Shown here piece after piece: positions 59,574-64,000 of a DNA stretch of 64,000 bases. Position 1 is the first letter of the stretch. The number at the start of each line of letters is the position of its first letter. Position numbers and translations under genes: made by a program. The notes beneath the pieces are model-generated. The model was not told the DNA's origin. It worked only from the letters and a program-made list of their open reading frames with translations, and searched no databases. The DNA is from an uncultured bacterium (lineage in GTDB: Bacteria > Patescibacteriota > Minisyncoccia > UBA6257 > GWB1-50-10). Location of the stretch: positions 206,287 to 270,286 of the forward strand of contig CAVRNT010000002.1 of assembly GCA_963722655.1 (NCBI GenBank), read 5' to 3'.

Positions 59574-60902
59574 TCAGGCCTTCATCTTTCTTTGCAAAAG
59601 CGTAAGGAGTGGCCGATCGAGCTGATGCCCCTGCCAATCCTCGAATTTTGTTCCCGGGCGTTCCGTATCGAGTACACCAAAAGGCCCGCGGAAATTCCAC
59701 AGCGCCCAGCCGGACTTCAATTCACCCAGAGTGTCCAGTGTGTCGTTAAACCACGCCAACACAACCTCGGGCGGAGTGTGCTTGTAACAACCCATCTCGC
59801 CGAAGTGGATCGAGACACGCTGTTGCTCCAGTCCTCGCCAGGGTTGCACGAAGTCTGCAATCGTCTTTCGGTCGGCGGTCACCTTGCCGTGGCTGTCCTT
59901 GAGCGGCCAAGTCGGAGGCTCGGTGCGCGTCACCCATCCGCGGGCCCACTCGCATTGGTGGTGAGTCAGTTCCGGGGGATAGTAGTCATGCGGGCTTTGT
60001 AGCACCCCAGTGCTAAAAAGGTCGGCGACCGGAGTTACGCCACCCGAAGAGCCGTCGCTGACGATCAATCGTTGCGGATCGACAGCGCGGATCCCCTCGA
60101 TCGCGGCGCGAGCCACTCGGGCATATTCCTTCGCGCCCCGCACCTCCGTCTCATGGTCTATGGCCTCCTGGGGCTCGCTCTTCCGCCTTTCCATCAATTG
60201 TGTCCTCTCCTCTGATGTAAGAGGCAGGAAGGGCTCATTCACAAGGTTGAAGCTGACGAACTCATTGGAAATGCCCTTGTAGCGTTGTGCAAAAAAAGTC
60301 CATTGATGAATGAAGGCTTCAAGCGCGGCACGATCCTTGTAGAAGCTCGTTTTCTCCGGAGTGACATGAATGCCGGTGACGACGGGATCCAGGCCATCGA
60401 GCACACAGAAACCCGGCGCCCGGTGCAGGCTGATGTTTACGTGAACACCATGCTTCTCACCCAAGCGGATGGCCCGGTCGATGGGCGCGACCTTTTTCTC
60501 GTTTATCTTCATCAGATCCTGGGAATCGGTCCAAAACCTGTAGTCCATCGGCAGCCGGACGAAGTTGAATCCCCAATCGCGAATCCAGCGGAAGTCGCTT
60601 TCGAGGAACATCCCATCGTTCTTGTAGGGGAAATATTTCATCCAGTCAGGATCGGTGGAGAAGTATTCCAGCAGATTGAAACCGTACCAGGGCGGATTGT
60701 TTGCAGGTGTTTGCGATTGCAGAAAATCGGATTCCGTGGCAGACGTGCCCTGCCCAGGCAATGCGGCGCCCGCAAATCCAGAAGGCAAGATAGCGGCGGA
60801 TGCAACTGCAGCGGCGGAACGAAGCAGACTGCGACGCGTGAAACGAGTCAAGCTTGGCGCGGAGGTCATTGATTCTGGCGGATCGTTGCTTCCATTCCAC
60901 AT
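59574..60902 (-). CDS. Glycoside hydrolase family 5 (cellulase-like) with Tat-type signal peptide
   Basis: TRRSLLRSAAAVASAAIL is a twin-arginine signal. GH5 catalytic motifs LVNEPF (acid/base) and IHFGEMG (nucleophile). Confidence 0.7.
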   Translation of the reverse strand: MWNGSNDPPESMTSAPSLTRFTRRSLLRSAAAVASAAILPSGFAGAALPGQGTSATESDFLQSQTPANNPPWYGFNLLEYFSTDPDWMKYFPYKNDGMFLESDFRWIRDWGFNFVRLPMDYRFWTDSQDLMKINEKKVAPIDRAIRLGEKHGVHVNISLHRAPGFCVLDGLDPVVTGIHVTPEKTSFYKDRAALEAFIHQWTFFAQRYKGISNEFVSFNLVNEPFLPLTSEERTQLMERRKSEPQEAIDHETEVRGAKEYARVARAAIEGIRAVDPQRLIVSDGSSGGVTPVADLFSTGVLQSPHDYYPPELTHHQCEWARGWVTRTEPPTWPLKDSHGKVTADRKTIADFVQPWRGLEQQRVSIHFGEMGCYKHTPPEVVLAWFNDTLDTLGELKSGWALWNFRGPFGVLDTERPGTKFEDWQGHQLDRPLLTLLQRKMKA

Positions 60903-61185
60903 GTCTTACACTCCTGAACTGGAATTTGCGATTTGGACCTTAAACGCGCACATCGTATCTTTACTCCCACTCCGGACACAATGAATTTGCCAAGCTGTTG
61001 GTACATCGCCCACCATCGCCCCGCCAAATCGTCCGGTCGGTTGAATGCGCGCAACTCAGAGTCTCTGCCTTCAGTGGGGAGTCGCCTTACCTGAGAAAAG
61101 AGGACTTTCAGCCTGTTAAATGGAGATTCCATCAGGCGCCGAGGTCCAGTGTGGCGGCATTTACTTGTTCAAATTGCCGGGCAGT

Positions 61186-62988
61186 TCAATTGACCTTGGA
61201 AAGCACGGTGGAAGTTTTCTGGAGGGCGACCCATTCCTGGATGCGCTCTTTGAGGACGTCCATGGGGAGGGCGCCGCCACCCAGGATTTCGTCGTGGAAA
61301 GCGCGAATGTCAAATTTACCGCCGAGCTGATCCTTGGCGTACTGTCGCAGTTTGAGGATTTCAAGTTGGCCAATTTTGTAGCCCAGTGCTTGCGCGGGCC
61401 AGGCGATATAGCGATCGGTTTCGGACTGAACGCTCACTTCATCTTCTGGGGAATGGTCGTGGAAAAAGTCAACGACCTGCTGGCGCGTCCAATGCTTGGA
61501 ATGGAGGCCGGTGTCGACGACGAGGCGGATGGCACGCAGCATATCGTCCTGAAGGTGACCGTAATAGCTGTAGGGATCCTGGTAAAATCCGAGTTCCTTA
61601 CCGAGACGTTCGGAATAGAGCGCCCAGCCTTCGGTATAGGCCGTGTAGTATTCGTTGCGACGGAATGGAGGCAGCTCTGGCAGCTCCAGCGCGAGTGCGA
61701 TTTGCATGTGATGGCCGGGGACTCCTTCATGATAGGCGGTGGTTTCGATGTCGAGGAGGGAGCGCTTCGCGAAATCGCCGGTGTTGACCATGACGTGTCC
61801 GGGGCGCGAACCATCCATAGCCGGACTCTGATAGGAAGCGCCGGAGGCTTCTTTTTCACGGAACTCTTCCACGGGTAAGACTTCCAGTTTGGCTTTCGGG
61901 AGACGGCCAAAAAGATCCGGCAGCTTGGGATACATCTGGTCGATGTATTTGGTGTACAAGTCCAAAATCTGCTGGCGGGAATGGGCGTGGAGCTTCGGAT
62001 CTGCGGCAATCGCAGCGTTGAACAATTTAAGGTCCTTGTAGCCTAGCTGTGCGGCAACTTCCTTCATGCGCCCTTCAATTTCCTTCACCTGGGCGAGACC
62101 AAGCTCGTGGATCTGCGCGGGCGTGAGGTCCGTGGTGGTGGTTTGCTTTACGAGGAAGGCGTAGAAGTTGTCACCGTTGGGCAGCGACCAGGCGCCGACT
62201 TCGCTTCGACCGTGCGGGGCATAGTCCTCGCGGACAAATCTGGCGAAACTCGCATAGGCGGGTAGGACGGCTTCGCGGATGGCGGTTATTCCCTGCTCGC
62301 GCAGGCGAGTTTGGTCCGCATCTGAAATAGATTTGGGGAAATTCTTGAAGGGTTGAGCGAAGGGCGAATCGCTGGGGGCCTGGGTGGCAATGCCGTTAGC
62401 CTGATCAGCGATTTTGTCCAGGAGAAAGCGGGGAGGCATCAATTTGTCGGAAACTCCCTTTTGCATCTGCACTATGGTTTGGTCGAACAAAAGGGGCATT
62501 TTCTTGAGGCGCGAGATATAGTCCTCGTAATCCTTGACATTCTGGAAGGAAAGGACCAACACCAATTGGGGCATTTCGAGATGCACACCATATTGCTGGG
62601 TCACCGGCATTTCCCAATCCTTGAAACGCGCCTCGTCCAATTGCATCCGCAGATCGTGAACCATCAGGCGCTTGTTTAGGGCTTCCTGCTCGGGGAAGCC
62701 GGTGGTGTCAATGGCTTCAAAGCGCGTCAAGAACTTCTGTGTTTCCTGCAAGTCCTTGTCGATGGCCTCTTGCGAGAAATCATCCACCTGGTCGTTCCAG
62801 CGCTTATAGCCGAGGATAGAGGCAAACAAGGGGTTGGTACGGAGATGGTATTCCCATTGCTCGGCAAGGAGATCGTTCAAGGACTTGCGCCGGGCATCCA
62901 CTGGCGAACCTGTTTGTGCCGCGGTTAGCGCGCCACAAACCACGAGCGCGAAAACAGTCAGGCAAACCCGCTTTGCTAGTGAAGGCAT
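61186..62988 (-). CDS. DUF885-family secreted protein (putative zinc-dependent hydrolase)
   Basis: Signal peptide MPSLAKRVCLTVFALVVCGALTAAQ taken from the internal start. YHEGVPGHHMQ is the DUF885 HE..GHH motif. Confidence 0.6.
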   Translation of the reverse strand: MPSLAKRVCLTVFALVVCGALTAAQTGSPVDARRKSLNDLLAEQWEYHLRTNPLFASILGYKRWNDQVDDFSQEAIDKDLQETQKFLTRFEAIDTTGFPEQEALNKRLMVHDLRMQLDEARFKDWEMPVTQQYGVHLEMPQLVLVLSFQNVKDYEDYISRLKKMPLLFDQTIVQMQKGVSDKLMPPRFLLDKIADQANGIATQAPSDSPFAQPFKNFPKSISDADQTRLREQGITAIREAVLPAYASFARFVREDYAPHGRSEVGAWSLPNGDNFYAFLVKQTTTTDLTPAQIHELGLAQVKEIEGRMKEVAAQLGYKDLKLFNAAIAADPKLHAHSRQQILDLYTKYIDQMYPKLPDLFGRLPKAKLEVLPVEEFREKEASGASYQSPAMDGSRPGHVMVNTGDFAKRSLLDIETTAYHEGVPGHHMQIALALELPELPPFRRNEYYTAYTEGWALYSERLGKELGFYQDPYSYYGHLQDDMLRAIRLVVDTGLHSKHWTRQQVVDFFHDHSPEDEVSVQSETDRYIAWPAQALGYKIGQLEILKLRQYAKDQLGGKFDIRAFHDEILGGGALPMDVLKERIQEWVALQKTSTVLSKVN

Positions 62989-63231
62989 GGTGCCCCTCCC
63001 ACGCGATGCGATCCGACCCTTTGGTAGAGGAGTGCCGCTCGGGCCAGAACTTCCTCTCCGGTCGCAAAAATGGGCACCATAGTACACTAATTTCGTTCGT
63101 TTGCAAGGCCGTTAGCCAATTTTTATCCGCAACGCTCCCGGTCTCCGAACCAGAGGCCAAATCGTGTGTCGCGTTGCCGGGCATCTGCCGTTCCAATACT
63201 TCTTCGGTTACCACGCTGCGGCGCAAAGTTC

Positions 63232-63984
63232 CTACTTCGCCTGGCCGTAAAAGCGGAAGTGATTTTCGGGCTGGCCCCGTACTTCGGTTTGAATTGAGAA
63301 GAGGCTTCCGGCCAAGCGATCTCCGCGCGGCGCTGCGGCGGAGGCCGTGGTGACAAAAAGTGTTGTGAGATCGGCGCCGCCAAATGTGCAGGTCGTAATA
63401 TTTTTCACCGGCATTTCGATTATTCGATCGATTTTTCCGTCCGGCGCAACTCGCACGATGCAGTTCCCGCAGAACCGGCAGTTCCAGAGAAAGCCTTGCG
63501 AATCCACCGTCGAGCCGTCGGGGGATCCACGCGCGAAACCTTGAAGAAAATGCCGTTCATTCGCGATCGCGCCCGTCGAAGCATCGTAGTCATAAACCCA
63601 GATCACGTTGGCGAGCGTGTCTCCGAAATAAAAGCGGCGGCAATCGGGACTCCACGCAAGCGTGTTGGCGACTCCAACTCCTTTTCGCCAGGTAGTCGCC
63701 TGGGCATCCGGATCGAGACGAATGAGGATGCCGTCTTGTCCACCGGCTTCGCCCGAGGAACCATCCGCATTCACGTTGTTGCGCATCGACCCGATCCACA
63801 GCGATCCGCGCGGATCGCACCGCGCGTCGTTCAAGCGGACCGCCGGCCATCCCTCGAGCAAGAAAAGCGGATTGTGGCGCGCATCCGTGGCCGGCTCCCA
63901 GAGAATCACGCGCGAGCCCAACGCGACTACCAACACATTCTCACGATCGGTCAATGCGAGAGAGGTGACCGGTTCATCGAACAA
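63232..63984 (-). CDS. SMP-30/gluconolactonase/LRE-like beta-propeller protein (N-terminus may extend beyond the window)
   Basis: ...SPDGSTVDSQGFLWNCRFCGNCIVRVAPDGKIDRIIEMPVKNITTCTFGGADLTTLFVTTA is SMP-30/regucalcin-family blade sequence. Confidence 0.7.
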   Translation of the reverse strand: MFDEPVTSLALTDRENVLVVALGSRVILWEPATDARHNPLFLLEGWPAVRLNDARCDPRGSLWIGSMRNNVNADGSSGEAGGQDGILIRLDPDAQATTWRKGVGVANTLAWSPDCRRFYFGDTLANVIWVYDYDASTGAIANERHFLQGFARGSPDGSTVDSQGFLWNCRFCGNCIVRVAPDGKIDRIIEMPVKNITTCTFGGADLTTLFVTTASAAAPRGDRLAGSLFSIQTEVRGQPENHFRFYGQAK

Positions 63985-64000
63985 CCAAGTGCGGACCGAG

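Overview
High-GC (~58%) bacterial window with a streamlined, Patescibacteria/CPR-like gene content: short hinge-less SMC, split transketolase, KH-trmD without rimM, many type IV pilins and giant secreted repeat proteins. Most genes are on the minus strand. The rRNA genes are unlinked: 16S (minus, ~21290-22745) is separated from 23S-5S (minus, ~9351-12590) by ~8.7 kb of same-strand coding DNA holding a type IV pilus locus (response regulator, four tandem pilins, PilB, PilC, LamG pseudopilin), tRNA-Thr x2, rpmG, tRNA-Trp and pcm. The 16S 3' end appears to lack the anti-Shine-Dalgarno CCUCC although several genes carry AGGAGG-like SD sequences. Other core genes are rpsB (partial), trmD, a KH-domain gene, rpsP, SMC-like, rnc, gatB, rnhA, a DHH phosphoesterase, pgk, rpmE, L25, and a sugar-phosphate operon (gap, rpiB, rpe, split tkt, a PfkB kinase, an unknown 410-aa protein, fba) ending in an RF1 homologue that lacks domain 1. 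Accessory content includes a 2.4-kb islet bounded by ~130-bp imperfect direct repeats that carries a PUA-like/nuclease fusion and a NERD protein, next to a consensus-promoter candidate sRNA. It also includes a block of giant secreted proteins with GNVGIGTTTP tail-fibre-like repeats interleaved with small cupredoxin-like anchored proteins, a PQQ-propeller protein with a T9SS-type C-terminal sorting domain, and a small thiol-redox cluster (SPW, rubredoxin-like, TrxB, Zn-ribbon, DsbA). From ~57175 onward, mid-ORF, codon usage and gene content switch to an Acidobacteria-like style (Ser/Thr kinase C-lobe plus TolB-like propeller, Tat-signal GH5, DUF885, SMP-30), which suggests a chimeric join or fusion. 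No CRISPR array was seen. Many long antisense ORFs in the track are GC-driven artefacts.
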